A stretch of DNA of 64,000 nucleotides from Promethearchaeota archaeon (GCA_048938105.1 JBHLMN010000009.1:64001-128000); one strand, 5' to 3'; shown: positions 20,321 to 30,662, counted from the stretch's first letter. The notes: generated by a model from the sequence alone, not told the origin. Numbers and translations are program-made.

Positions 20321-20983
20321 ATGCCAAGTATTAAAATAGATAAAATAGAGATCAATGGTCATATTGCATACCCGAAGAAAAAATATGGTATTGGTATACT
20401 TGTCTTACATGCTTGGTGGGGATTAAATGAATTTATTATACAATTTTCTGAGAGGCTAGCAGGAGAAGGGTTCTTAGTACTAGCACCAGATCTTTATAAG
20501 GGAAAAATAGCAGATAACATTACAGATGCAGAAAATTATAGTAACAATTTAGACCTAAAAGAAATTAATTTCATCTTGAGAAAATTAGCTAATTTCTTTC
20601 TGAAACATCCGAATTGTAGAAGTTCAAAACTTAGTGTTATTGGATTTTCTTTGGGAGCTAGCTGGGCTACGTGGTTAGCGAATAACAAACCAAAAGAAAT
20701 CGAGAAAGTAGTTCTTTTTTATGGTACTGGAGATGTTAATTTTTCTAAAACTCTTGCTTCCTTCCAATGTCACTTTGCTGAAAATGATCCTTATGAAGAA
20801 ACTGAATATGTCAATTATTTTAAAGAGAGACTTCAAGAAGCAAATATAAGAGCTAATTTTTATACTTATCCAGATACAAATCACTGGTTTTTTGAGACGA
20901 ATCAGGTTAAACATTTTCATGAAGGAGCTTCAAAGTTAGCATGGAAAAGAACTCTAGAATTTCTGAAAAAAGTGGAATCATAG
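20321..20983 (+). CDS. Dienelactone hydrolase family protein
   Basis: LVLHAWWGLN, LAPDLY, GFSLG, HFAEND, YPDTNHWF. Confidence 0.92.
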   Translation: MPSIKIDKIEINGHIAYPKKKYGIGILVLHAWWGLNEFIIQFSERLAGEGFLVLAPDLYKGKIADNITDAENYSNNLDLKEINFILRKLANFFLKHPNCRSSKLSVIGFSLGASWATWLANNKPKEIEKVVLFYGTGDVNFSKTLASFQCHFAENDPYEETEYVNYFKERLQEANIRANFYTYPDTNHWFFETNQVKHFHEGASKLAWKRTLEFLKKVES

Positions 20984-21528
20984 ATCCATTGAATCCTAAT
21001 TTTTCTATATTTTCATCTTTATCTTAGTATATACCAGAGTATAGTATCTTTTCTTAATCTAACTAACATTATGTTCACGAAAATCTTTATGTTTTCTTTA
21101 TATAGTCTAATTGTCTTTTTATCTTTAGTTAAACAACATTTCATAATCTCGTTTCTGGTACCATTTTGACTGTATATTTAGAGGTTTAAAAAAAACAATA
21201 GATCTATAATGCAAACTTAAAAGGTTGAAATGGAATAAAGATAGTACTTCTTCTTAGGTTAAATCATTTTTAATTCAACTTAAAGCTTGTACTCAAACTA
21301 AATTAATAGCTCTTCTCATTTAATGGAAAAAAATTGTTATTCGTTGAATTTCACTTAGAAGATTAGAATAAAGGTACAAGTGCAGCGAGTTACCTTTCGT
21401 CAGATAGCTTAGGAAGTCAGGAGCTTCTCGTAGAACGGTGTTGGTCTAATATCTGTTGGGGAAACTTAGGTTTAACCTTCAATAATGTTTATATACTAGT
21501 TTTTCGAGTTATTTACACCAGGGATTTC

Positions 21529-23232
21529 TTGAAACACTCCTTCTGCCTACTTTTTCTCATTCTCGTGTTTTCAGGTTTGTTAATCTCTGGACACTTGAAG
21601 TTGAGAGATGGGCCCTTTTTTAATCTTGTTGAAGAAATTGAATCACCAGATTTATTAAAGCAAATGTTTCACTCACCTGATAACTCTCATTCACCAATTC
21701 TGATCAATAATAATAGTGATTTCACTGTTCAAGCTGCGATTGAGAATTGGACTGGTGATGGTACCATCTCGAATCCGTATGTGATTGAGGGGGTGACATT
21801 TCAGGGGGATAATCATTTGATTGAAATTAGAAATACTAATGTTTATTTTATCATCCGAAATTGTATTTTAAGCCAGGCTTCTTCGGCTTTCTATCTGTAT
21901 CAGGTATCCAATGGACATTTGTTCAATAATACTATTGTCGAGGGAGCCATATTCCTAGAAAATTCTGAGTACAATTCGTTGTCAAATAACACGGTTGTTA
22001 ATAGCAATTTGAGAGGGATTTATCTTTCCCACTCTGGGAATAATGTTTTGAGTAATAATCTAGTTACCACCTGTGATGAGGTGGGTATTCACCTTTATTT
22101 TTCTCCACATTGTACCTTGTCCCATAACACGGTCACTGGTAATGCTAGAACAGGGATTCTTGCTGATTTTTCTGATAATAGTGCTCTTCAGAACAACATC
22201 GTGACCAATAATAGGGAGGAGGGAATCTGTCTCTATTTCTCTGAGAATTGTTCTGTGACTGATAACTTTTTGATGAATAACAGGGAGCAGGGGATTCGGC
22301 TTCATCGTTCTGCGAATAATGTAATTACCAATAATGACCTAGGAAATAATTGGTTTACTGTTAGTGGGGGTTCACTTAAGCATTTCATTCAAGCAGAAAT
22401 CGCTAACAATGTTATTAACGGAAAACCATTGATCTATTTGCAACATGTGATTGGTGGTTCGGTTCCATATGGTGCAGGAGCAATCATTTTGGTTAATAGT
22501 AGTTTTATCTCTGTGAGCGGTCAACGCGTGGTAGGAATCCAGGGATTTTTCTGTTCCCACCTGTCTATTCAGACTAATGTAGTTCTAAACAGCAGTAATG
22601 GCATTCAATTGCAGTTCTCGAATACTAGCGTTATTTCTAGCAATTATGTTGACTCAAGCAATGATGTTGGAATTCGCATTGGTGTGTCTCGAGGCATCGT
22701 TCTGTTAAATAATACGGTTAGCAAAAGCACTATGGAGGGGATTGGTCTGTATTCTTCTGAAAATAGTACTTTGACTAATAACACCGTCACATTCAATTCT
22801 CGGGAGGGAATTTATCTTTACGACTCTGAAAATAGTACCCTGATTAATAATACAGTTTCCAACAATAATATGGATGGAATTAGGCTTAATACCGCTGGGA
22901 ATAGCACTTTACTGAATAATACGGTAATCAACAACAATGAGGAAGGAATTTATCTTTACCGTTCTGGGAATATTACAGCAAGATATAATATTTTGGTAAA
23001 TAATAGTTTTTCTGTCTCTGGATGGCTCCTTGAACATTATATTCAGACAGAGTTCACGAACAACCTAATCAATAACAAACTATTAGTCTATTGGCAACAT
23101 GTGACAAATCAACTGATCCCCCCTGGTGCGGGGATGGTCATCTTGGTAAATTGTAGTTTGATTTCAGTAATTAATCAACAGTTAGTTGGAATTTTGGGAG
23201 CTTTCAGTTCTCATCTTTTTTTTCGGGTCTAA
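21529..23232 (+). CDS. NosD-like right-handed beta-helix surface protein, N-terminal part (frameshifted)
   Basis: Signal peptide, NWTGDGTISNPYVIEG, many GIxLxxSxNxxLxNN repeats; continues in the next frame after a T8 run. Confidence 0.88.
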   Translation: MKHSFCLLFLILVFSGLLISGHLKLRDGPFFNLVEEIESPDLLKQMFHSPDNSHSPILINNNSDFTVQAAIENWTGDGTISNPYVIEGVTFQGDNHLIEIRNTNVYFIIRNCILSQASSAFYLYQVSNGHLFNNTIVEGAIFLENSEYNSLSNNTVVNSNLRGIYLSHSGNNVLSNNLVTTCDEVGIHLYFSPHCTLSHNTVTGNARTGILADFSDNSALQNNIVTNNREEGICLYFSENCSVTDNFLMNNREQGIRLHRSANNVITNNDLGNNWFTVSGGSLKHFIQAEIANNVINGKPLIYLQHVIGGSVPYGAGAIILVNSSFISVSGQRVVGIQGFFCSHLSIQTNVVLNSSNGIQLQFSNTSVISSNYVDSSNDVGIRIGVSRGIVLLNNTVSKSTMEGIGLYSSENSTLTNNTVTFNSREGIYLYDSENSTLINNTVSNNNMDGIRLNTAGNSTLLNNTVINNNEEGIYLYRSGNITARYNILVNNSFSVSGWLLEHYIQTEFTNNLINNKLLVYWQHVTNQLIPPGAGMVILVNCSLISVINQQLVGILGAFSSHLFFRV

Positions 23233-24982
23233 TGTTATTATGAATGGGAACTATGGTATTTGGTTTGAGGATTCTACTAACATTACCATCTCCAACAATA
23301 GTGTTACCAATAATAACCTTGGAATATTTCTTGCGTCTTCGGGTAACAGTAATCTGACTGACAACACTGTTCATAATAATCTTAGGGAAGGAATTTTCCT
23401 TATTTACTCTGGTAATAGTACCCTAATTAACAACACGATTACTAAGAACAACGGGACTGGAATAAGGCTCCAAAGTTCTGGAACTAGCGTTCTAACCAAA
23501 AATTCAGTGATTAATAACAGGAAGGTGGGAATTCTTCTTCAGTATTCAGGAAATAATGTAATCCGGGATAACAGCTTAAGAAATAACAGCTTTTCAATTA
23601 AGGGTGACACCTTCAATCACTATGTCCAAGCAATAGTGGCATCTAATCTTCTTAATGACAAACAATTAGTTTATTGGCAACATATTGTAGATGATACCGT
23701 CCCATCTGGGGCTGGAATGGTTATCTTAGTAAATTGCAGTTCAATTATAGTGAATAATCAACAGGTAGAAAGTATCATCGGGGCCTATTGTTCTAATATA
23801 TTACTTCAGAATAATGAGATCTTCAACGGGAACTTAGGAATTCAGCTCATTTATTCGAATGCATGTTTCATTTCTGAGAATACCCTTTTCAATAAAGAAA
23901 TGGCTGGAATTTCTCTTGAATATTCGCATCATAATGTCTTAACCAATAATATAATCACTAATAATCATGAGGAGGGCATTCTCCTGATGTATTCTGAAGA
24001 TAACATTCTGACAAACAATCGGATCGCCTATAATAGTAAAGAGGGGATATCTCTTCAATATTGTGAAAATAACAACGTAATAGGGAATACCGTTGCCAGT
24101 AACGCTGGTGTGGGCATTTACATTTGGAATGGTGACTATTATTGGAGTGAGGATTTTTATGGTTTTAACAATCTAACTAATAATGTTGTCACAGACAACA
24201 AAGGAATCGGGATTTCTCTCGAGTGTTCTGGACAAAGCATTCTCATAAATAACACGATCCTCAATAATACGGAGGGGTTATTTCTTTATTGTTCTGGGCA
24301 AAATATCTTAACCAATAATACACTTATGGATAACAATGGAACAGGAATTTCTCTCGGTTACTCTAAAAATAGTACAATCATTGGTAATTCTATCTTCAAT
24401 AATAACAAAAAGGGAATTTCGGTATATTTTTCTGAATTTTGCCATATAGCTGCTAATACCATTCATGATAACAACGGAATAGGGATTTATCTTTACTTAT
24501 CTTCCTTTGCATGCATTATAACTGGGAATGAAGTCACCAACAACAGTGATTATGGGATTCAGTTATCTATTTCGTGTATGAATAACATTGTCCAATACAA
24601 TGATTTTCTCTGGAACAATTTAGGAGGAATCTCTCAAGCCTATGATGATGGTTGGAACAATCTCTTCATCTATAATTATTGGAATGATTGGACTAGTCCT
24701 GACACCAATAACGATGGTATTGTCGATCTAGCTTATCCGATAGAGGGTAAAGCTTTCAATTTTGACCCTTTTCCGCTAGCTCCTGGTTCACAATCAAGTA
24801 GTTCTCACATTAAACCTTCAACATCCTTAACAATTAAAGTTCCTTCTTCAACCTCTCCTCAAGGATCTACAGCTTTTACAACTAGTCCGAGTCATCAATC
24901 AAGGTGGATAAACCTGGTTCTTACTAGTTTAATCGTAATTTTTATCACAATTTTCCGGAAAAGAAATAGGAAAACTTTCTAG
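23186..24982 (+). CDS. NosD-like beta-helix surface protein, C-terminal part with Ser/Thr linker and TM anchor
   Basis: PbH1 repeats, YNYWNDWTSPD..DGIVD..YPI..DPFPL, S/T linker, TM helix, RKRNRK tail. Confidence 0.88.
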   Translation: MEFWELSVLIFFFGSNVIMNGNYGIWFEDSTNITISNNSVTNNNLGIFLASSGNSNLTDNTVHNNLREGIFLIYSGNSTLINNTITKNNGTGIRLQSSGTSVLTKNSVINNRKVGILLQYSGNNVIRDNSLRNNSFSIKGDTFNHYVQAIVASNLLNDKQLVYWQHIVDDTVPSGAGMVILVNCSSIIVNNQQVESIIGAYCSNILLQNNEIFNGNLGIQLIYSNACFISENTLFNKEMAGISLEYSHHNVLTNNIITNNHEEGILLMYSEDNILTNNRIAYNSKEGISLQYCENNNVIGNTVASNAGVGIYIWNGDYYWSEDFYGFNNLTNNVVTDNKGIGISLECSGQSILINNTILNNTEGLFLYCSGQNILTNNTLMDNNGTGISLGYSKNSTIIGNSIFNNNKKGISVYFSEFCHIAANTIHDNNGIGIYLYLSSFACIITGNEVTNNSDYGIQLSISCMNNIVQYNDFLWNNLGGISQAYDDGWNNLFIYNYWNDWTSPDTNNDGIVDLAYPIEGKAFNFDPFPLAPGSQSSSSHIKPSTSLTIKVPSSTSPQGSTAFTTSPSHQSRWINLVLTSLIVIFITIFRKRNRKTF

Positions 24983-25341
24983 CAAATTTTAACATTAATT
25001 TAGTTCCAAAAGGTTCTTACCATTTTGAACTATTACACCTAGAACTGATCTGAAGATTAAATGAAAGAAGAACTAACTTGGGTTAATAGACGTTGTAAAT
25101 ACAGAAATCCATACATTCCAGAGCTAATCCAACGCTATAGAACGATCCTTCAGGAAATTATTCATCTATTAAATGTTATATTGATTTCTTACCAATAGAT
25201 CCAACAAGATCCATACAATTCAGAATAAACTTTATTTTCAATGAATGCTTTGATTTCATTATAGATATACTTCTAAGCAGACATATTTGCTCATAATTAC
25301 GAATCTAAAGAATAAAAACACCAATCTTCCTGCTACTTCCC

Positions 25342-25686
25342 TTAGGGGATACTGTAGATTAGATCATATGTTTTAAAGGCAAGATAAAACACTAATAGGA
25401 CAAATAACGATCCTATAAGAAAAACTAATCCTTCTACGATAAGAAGCATAGATAAATCATAAGAAAAAACAAGAATAACATTAATTAGGTAACCGAGTGA
25501 GAAAAATCCAACCATCAAGGAGGCTAGTCGCCACTTTTTCACAATACGAGTCTCCTCTAATAATTTCTCAATCTTACGAGCGAACCTCCATGCATTAACA
25601 AAGATTACAAAACCAATCAAACAACAAATTGCATTAAAGATTTGAATTAGTATTAGAATTGAATCATCAGCCATCTTTTTCACCAA
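25342..25686 (-). CDS. Small 3-TM membrane protein
   Basis: Three hydrophobic helices with KKWR..GFFSLGY. Confidence 0.75.
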   Translation of the reverse strand: MVKKMADDSILILIQIFNAICCLIGFVIFVNAWRFARKIEKLLEETRIVKKWRLASLMVGFFSLGYLINVILVFSYDLSMLLIVEGLVFLIGSLFVLLVFYLAFKTYDLIYSIP

Positions 25687-25958
25687 TTATTTCTTAATAT
25701 TAAGTTCTCTTGAAACCGCGATAAGAAAACTTATTAAAAAACGCTTTTTTAAATATTTCATTTTCATAAATCGTTCAATATACTAAAAGACATGGTTTTT
25801 TCTATTAATGAGACATATGAACCTTTTCCCTATGAGGATACTCATTTCTCCTAATAGAATTAATATATTTTTCTTTAGGATGTGTTTGAGAATTTGTATT
25901 AAATAACTTTTAAAAATACAATTCCTTATTATCCCATCTGTTGGAATCGTGATAGCAA

Positions 25959-26450
25959 ATGGGTAACACCTCTGATCTTGGGAGTATAATTAGTCTTTGG
26001 ATAATTGAGAAAGAGTCCGGATTACCAATTTTATCCCTTAAGTTCACTAAAGACGCTCAGGTCGATTCTGGTCTCTTTGGAGCATTCATGGTTGCAATGA
26101 GATCAATGATGGATGATATTCAAATAGGGGAGCTAAATTCATTTCAAACCAATATGGCTAGCATACTGCTTACGGGTTCAGAACATCTAATTTCGATTAT
26201 TGCACTAGAAAAAGAAAGTAACGTGGATAGTTGGTACCCTATTCTCCTTAAAATCCAAAAAATGTCCGAAAAAAGTTATCTTGATTATCGAAAAATATCG
26301 TCTATTCTCGAAACAAATGTTTTTGAGCAATTAGCTTCACAGTTTAAAGAAATGATTTTAGCTCATACGGAAAGGATAAAAGAAAGTGAGGCAAAAACAA
26401 CTCCAATCACAAATGGTAAGCGAATTAGAGAAGCGTTAAAACGATTATGA
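25959..26450 (+). CDS. Longin-like domain protein
   Basis: IISLWIIEKESGLPIL..F..DSGLFGAFMVAMRSM..beta strands..C-terminal helices, a pattern typical of Asgard longin-like domains. Confidence 0.7.
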   Translation: MGNTSDLGSIISLWIIEKESGLPILSLKFTKDAQVDSGLFGAFMVAMRSMMDDIQIGELNSFQTNMASILLTGSEHLISIIALEKESNVDSWYPILLKIQKMSEKSYLDYRKISSILETNVFEQLASQFKEMILAHTERIKESEAKTTPITNGKRIREALKRL

Positions 26451-26499
26451 TTAGATCTATTTTTTTGGTATAAAACAACTCCAATTACAAATAGAAAGC
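26394..26499 (+). repeat. 28-bp imperfect direct repeat (26394-26421 and 26472-26499)
   Basis: aaaacaactccaatcacaaatggtaagc vs aaaacaactccaattacaaatagaaagc; 3 mismatches. Confidence 0.75.
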
Positions 26500-26705
26500 T
26501 TAAATCACTAGGAAGAGGTTGTTATAGAAATTGAAGATTCTTTTCGTTTTTTTGCCAAAATCGTAACTAAAAAAAAATACTTCAAACATTGTATTCCTTA
26601 ACAAAAATGATCAAACTTTGATTTCATTTGAATTAACTGACTCCTATTGAAAATAAATTGATTCTAAGAGCTCTTTTATAAGATTAACTTTTACTGGGTG
26701 CTTTC

Positions 26706-28259
26706 ATGGTCAAGAAAAGATTGGTTCACTTTAGAAGTCGTAGAGAACGTTTTCGAGACTATGTAAAACAGTATTTTAAACATTGGCATGGGATTGTTGG
26801 GCTCGTTATTCTAATTATGTTCTTCTTAATGGCCTTACTTGCCCCAATTCTCACTTTTATAGGAATTTTTCCACCCCATATTTTTACTTTGGGTTACGAG
26901 TCTTATATTGGCAGTACTTATTCCCCTCCTCAATGGTCAACCCAATTTGACCCTTTAGCTCCACCAACAGGTAATTATATTCCTGATTCTTCTTTCGAAG
27001 AAGATGAGAGCTGGCAGTTTGAAGCTAATAACCCTGAAATTGCATCTTACTCTTATAATGAAACTGATTTTATTACTGGTTTCCGATCAGTCCAGTTCAC
27101 AATTATAGATAACGACACTAAAAAGGATATACTGAGAAGTTCTTGTAAAGGGATGATAGATTTTGAATGGAAGAATAAGCAACCAGAAGAAGCATTCCTT
27201 ATCTGTTACATAAAAGTCCGCTTTGCAGGGAATTTGACATCAACTTCAGTTTATCCTTATATGAAATTTAACCTGCCAAAAGGAGTTCCTCTAAATCCAA
27301 CTCAAGCTTACTTTGACATTAGGCCCCCTCCTCTTTCTGAATGGTTGTTAATTGAAAGACCTCTTAGTTTTATGACTAAATACTACGTATTTCAACAAGA
27401 CAGTTTAATTTCTGTTGAGATAGGGGTCGAATATATCAACGATAATCCTTCCCAAAGTGGAAAAGTACAGGTTTGGTTTGATCAAATTGAACTTAAAGGA
27501 ACAAGACCTGGGCAAGGTCTTCTTGGAAAAAATCATTTAGGATTAGACATTTTTGTGCAACTATTCTGGGCTGCACAAGTACCCCTTTTTGTAGGGGTAT
27601 TCGCAGCTCTCATATCCGTCGGATTTGGTTTAATAGTAGGATTAAATGCAGGATATCGTGGTGGGCGATTTGATAATTTCACTATGAGAATCTGCGATGT
27701 AATCCTAATCTATCCACCTCTTCCAATAATCTTTGTGCTTTCAGCTCAATTTCGGGCTTCATTATTTTTATTAACTTGTTTCATTGCTCTTTTTTCATGG
27801 CCTACAACAGCTCGGATCATTCGCTCACAAGTTCTAGTCGAGCGTGAAAAAGGCTACGTCGAAGCTGTTAAAGCTTCTGGGGGAAGTGATTGGTATATTA
27901 TGTTACATCATATATTACCAAATATCATAGGCCTAGTACTCGTCCAAATCACAACAAGTGCAGCAAATGCAATTCTTCTTGAATCAGGATTGGTCTTTTT
28001 AGATTATCCAATTTTTACAACTTCATCCAATGCGGTTAGTGATCGAAGAACGAAGGTACTCTTGCCTTGGTTTTCATGGGGGTATATGCTAGCTGAAGCT
28101 CAATATGAAGGAGGTTTAGTTCAAGGAGCTTGGTGGTGTATTATCCCAGCAGGGGTCTGTATTGGATTGTTGGTCATCGCTTTCATGTTTATTGGTCATG
28201 CGATTAATAAGACATTGAATCCCCACTTATGGAACGACGAAACCAGAAAATTATTTTGA
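26706..28259 (+). CDS. Peptide/nickel ABC transporter permease (DppC/OppC) with a large extracellular insertion
   Basis: LLGKNHLGLDIF, ARIIRSQVL..YVEAVKASG (EAA loop), HILPN, SWGYML. Confidence 0.9.
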   Translation: MVKKRLVHFRSRRERFRDYVKQYFKHWHGIVGLVILIMFFLMALLAPILTFIGIFPPHIFTLGYESYIGSTYSPPQWSTQFDPLAPPTGNYIPDSSFEEDESWQFEANNPEIASYSYNETDFITGFRSVQFTIIDNDTKKDILRSSCKGMIDFEWKNKQPEEAFLICYIKVRFAGNLTSTSVYPYMKFNLPKGVPLNPTQAYFDIRPPPLSEWLLIERPLSFMTKYYVFQQDSLISVEIGVEYINDNPSQSGKVQVWFDQIELKGTRPGQGLLGKNHLGLDIFVQLFWAAQVPLFVGVFAALISVGFGLIVGLNAGYRGGRFDNFTMRICDVILIYPPLPIIFVLSAQFRASLFLLTCFIALFSWPTTARIIRSQVLVEREKGYVEAVKASGGSDWYIMLHHILPNIIGLVLVQITTSAANAILLESGLVFLDYPIFTTSSNAVSDRRTKVLLPWFSWGYMLAEAQYEGGLVQGAWWCIIPAGVCIGLLVIAFMFIGHAINKTLNPHLWNDETRKLF

Positions 28260-28327
28260 GTAGGGATAATTTAGTTGTTTAAGCATTTTGTATAAAAAAT
28301 AAAAAAAAAAGAAAGGTAAGCTTATGT

Positions 28328-30175
28328 TCACACAAGCTTTTGTTTTCTGATAATTATTACAATTGATACAAGACCGACTAATGTGACTAGTCCTGGTAGT
28401 GATGTTATTTGAATATCTGGAGCTGATGATTCACTTGAGCTAGGTTGAGACGAAGTAGAGACTGTTGTCTCACTAGAGATTGTAGTTTCGGGAGGTTTTT
28501 CTGGTTCCTTGAATAGCCTTGCATCTACTTCGTAGAGTACAGTTCCGGAAGTATTAGTAATTTTAGTATAATACCTTTCAAACCAACCACTGTTAAGATC
28601 GTAGGTAAAATTGTAATATTCTTTCAATTGGACTTCAGGCCTCTTGAACTCTAATTCAAATCGAACAAATCCACCATTGTAGATAATTTCCCATTCAGTA
28701 TTCAAGAAGACCTCATTAATTAGAGTGGTATTAGTAGTCATGAAAATAGAGTGGGGTTGGCTAATATAGTTAAGATCAATAGAGAATCCTCCTAAAGTAT
28801 CAATCACTTCTCCAGTGGGCTTAAATATCACCTGTGTGTATTCAATTTTTGTTTCGTCGATATTGGTGATAGTTAGATTGGTTAAATCTCCTGAATTATA
28901 ATCCTTACCTCCATAAAAGGAATATGGATCATCAAATTTTATAAATTCATAGGTCTTTTGGTCACCAGTTTGGATATCGCCAAGAGTGTAATGAGCTGGG
29001 TTAACTTTTACAGAAACATGGACTGGATCATATAAGCCGTATTCTACCTCTCCAATAATGGTTTCACCCTCAGAGGTATTATAAAGTACTTGATACATAT
29101 TGATAAGCCAACCACTTGTGAGATCGTACCTACAATGACAATATTCTTTTCGATTGAAATCAGGTTCTTCGACAGCAATTTTAAATTCCATGACATCATT
29201 TAGATAGGTAGCCTCCCAACCAGAGCCAGATAAAACCTCGTTAATGAGGGTTGTATTTGTAGTTGTGAGAAGAGAAGGAGTAAAATAGAGATAATCGCGG
29301 GAGATCTCCATTCCCGAAGCAGTTTGGAAGATAGTACCGTTAGGGAAATATAGTACCTGTGAAAATACAATTGAATAGAAATCAATTGCGTCAATGGTCA
29401 CATTAACAAAAATGCCCTGAAAGATTTCATTACCAGTATATTTTTTGATAAAATATGTCCTGACATCACCCGCTTGAAGACCACCCACTGTAAAATACGA
29501 GGGATCAACTTCAACATAAATATTCTTTGTGTCAATAATCTCTATAGCAAGATCATAGCTAGACAAATCAAGAGTGGAATTATAATTATCCACGCTCATA
29601 GAAGCCAACCAACCAGTAGCTCGATAGTATGTTGACCGAACAGACATATTGGAATCGCCATAATAGCGAGATTCGTTTTCAAAGTACATATATGAATCCT
29701 CGAGCCAATAAGCATCAATGGTTGTTTGACTTAATGCAACGTCGATTAAAGTGGTGTTGGTTGTCATGATAGCGAAAGTGATATCATAACCTACTCTAAA
29801 ATTATCAATTCTCTGGTAAAACGGATCAGGAATGAACTCAGAACCGTTTTGCAGAATAAAAGTGTCTTCAAACGTAATTGTCGTCTTATTAATGTCTGTG
29901 ATCTTCACTTCGACTTTATCACCAGAAGATAAAGTCACATTTTTGAGAAATCCCCCAAAAGAAAGTTGAATATCCATTGTTTTTAGTTTACTCCCGTTTG
30001 GATGGAGAGAAATGATATTATTGTAAGTATACGTTCGTTTGTCATCTACATCGGTATTAAACGTATAATTAGATGGATCAACTGGAACAGCAGGGCTGAA
30101 AAAGACACTATTTAAATTTAGAATAAAACAATTCAATAATATTACAATTAAACAAATTTTATGGGATTTTTTCAT
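28328..30175 (-). CDS. Secreted, C-terminally anchored surface protein with three ~170-190 aa repeats
   Basis: Signal peptide; V(D/N)P..RTY/KTY, TTNTTLI and GW each three times; S/T linker; LPGL-TM-RKQK tail. Confidence 0.85.
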   Translation of the reverse strand: MKKSHKICLIVILLNCFILNLNSVFFSPAVPVDPSNYTFNTDVDDKRTYTYNNIISLHPNGSKLKTMDIQLSFGGFLKNVTLSSGDKVEVKITDINKTTITFEDTFILQNGSEFIPDPFYQRIDNFRVGYDITFAIMTTNTTLIDVALSQTTIDAYWLEDSYMYFENESRYYGDSNMSVRSTYYRATGWLASMSVDNYNSTLDLSSYDLAIEIIDTKNIYVEVDPSYFTVGGLQAGDVRTYFIKKYTGNEIFQGIFVNVTIDAIDFYSIVFSQVLYFPNGTIFQTASGMEISRDYLYFTPSLLTTTNTTLINEVLSGSGWEATYLNDVMEFKIAVEEPDFNRKEYCHCRYDLTSGWLINMYQVLYNTSEGETIIGEVEYGLYDPVHVSVKVNPAHYTLGDIQTGDQKTYEFIKFDDPYSFYGGKDYNSGDLTNLTITNIDETKIEYTQVIFKPTGEVIDTLGGFSIDLNYISQPHSIFMTTNTTLINEVFLNTEWEIIYNGGFVRFELEFKRPEVQLKEYYNFTYDLNSGWFERYYTKITNTSGTVLYEVDARLFKEPEKPPETTISSETTVSTSSQPSSSESSAPDIQITSLPGLVTLVGLVSIVIIIRKQKLV

Positions 30176-30529
30176 GATTTCTATCTCCTTTCAAAGAAAA
30201 AAGGTTTGCAGAATCAATTATTTCGATGAATTCTATTTGAATAATGTTGATTCTTAGGTTTTTCATACCATTGGTAAAGTGATGGAATTAATGAATATAA
30301 ATGATTCTATATTAGTGGATCTCGTGAAACAAGATAAAATTTCTTTGATTATTGAAAAAATCTATATCCTAAATGAGATTGTAAAGGTATATCTAAAAAT
30401 TGAGTCAAGAAATAGTATTTTAAAAGATTTTTTTTAAGATAGATGAATAATAGGAAAACAGATACAGTAACAGAAAGGAATGATACCCTTTTATCAGAGT
30501 GAATTTAAGTTTATTACTTTGTAAGTCAT

Positions 30530-30649
30530 TGTGGCGAACCACATGCAATTGTGTGTGCGTATAAAATACCAGGAAAATTATCTAATTGTATTTGTATTAG
30601 TACACCTAAACCACCAGAACTTGGTAAAAAGTACCTTTCAGGTTATTAA
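30530..30649 (+). pseudogene. Remnant of an alpha/beta hydrolase paralogous to 31133..32002
   Basis: GEPHAIVCAYKIPGKLSNCICISTPKPPE vs GGPHCIVCAYKIPERLRNCIAIGTPGPPE. Confidence 0.85.
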
Positions 30650-30662
30650 GAATCAATATCTT

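Noticed and set aside
10406-26420. Shared peptide KT(I/T)PITNGK in the MMPL linker and the longin tail
   Set aside because: The codons differ and the proteins are unrelated; most likely coincidence.
26394-26499. Mini-CRISPR array
   Set aside because: Only two imperfect copies, one inside a CDS, with no cas genes.
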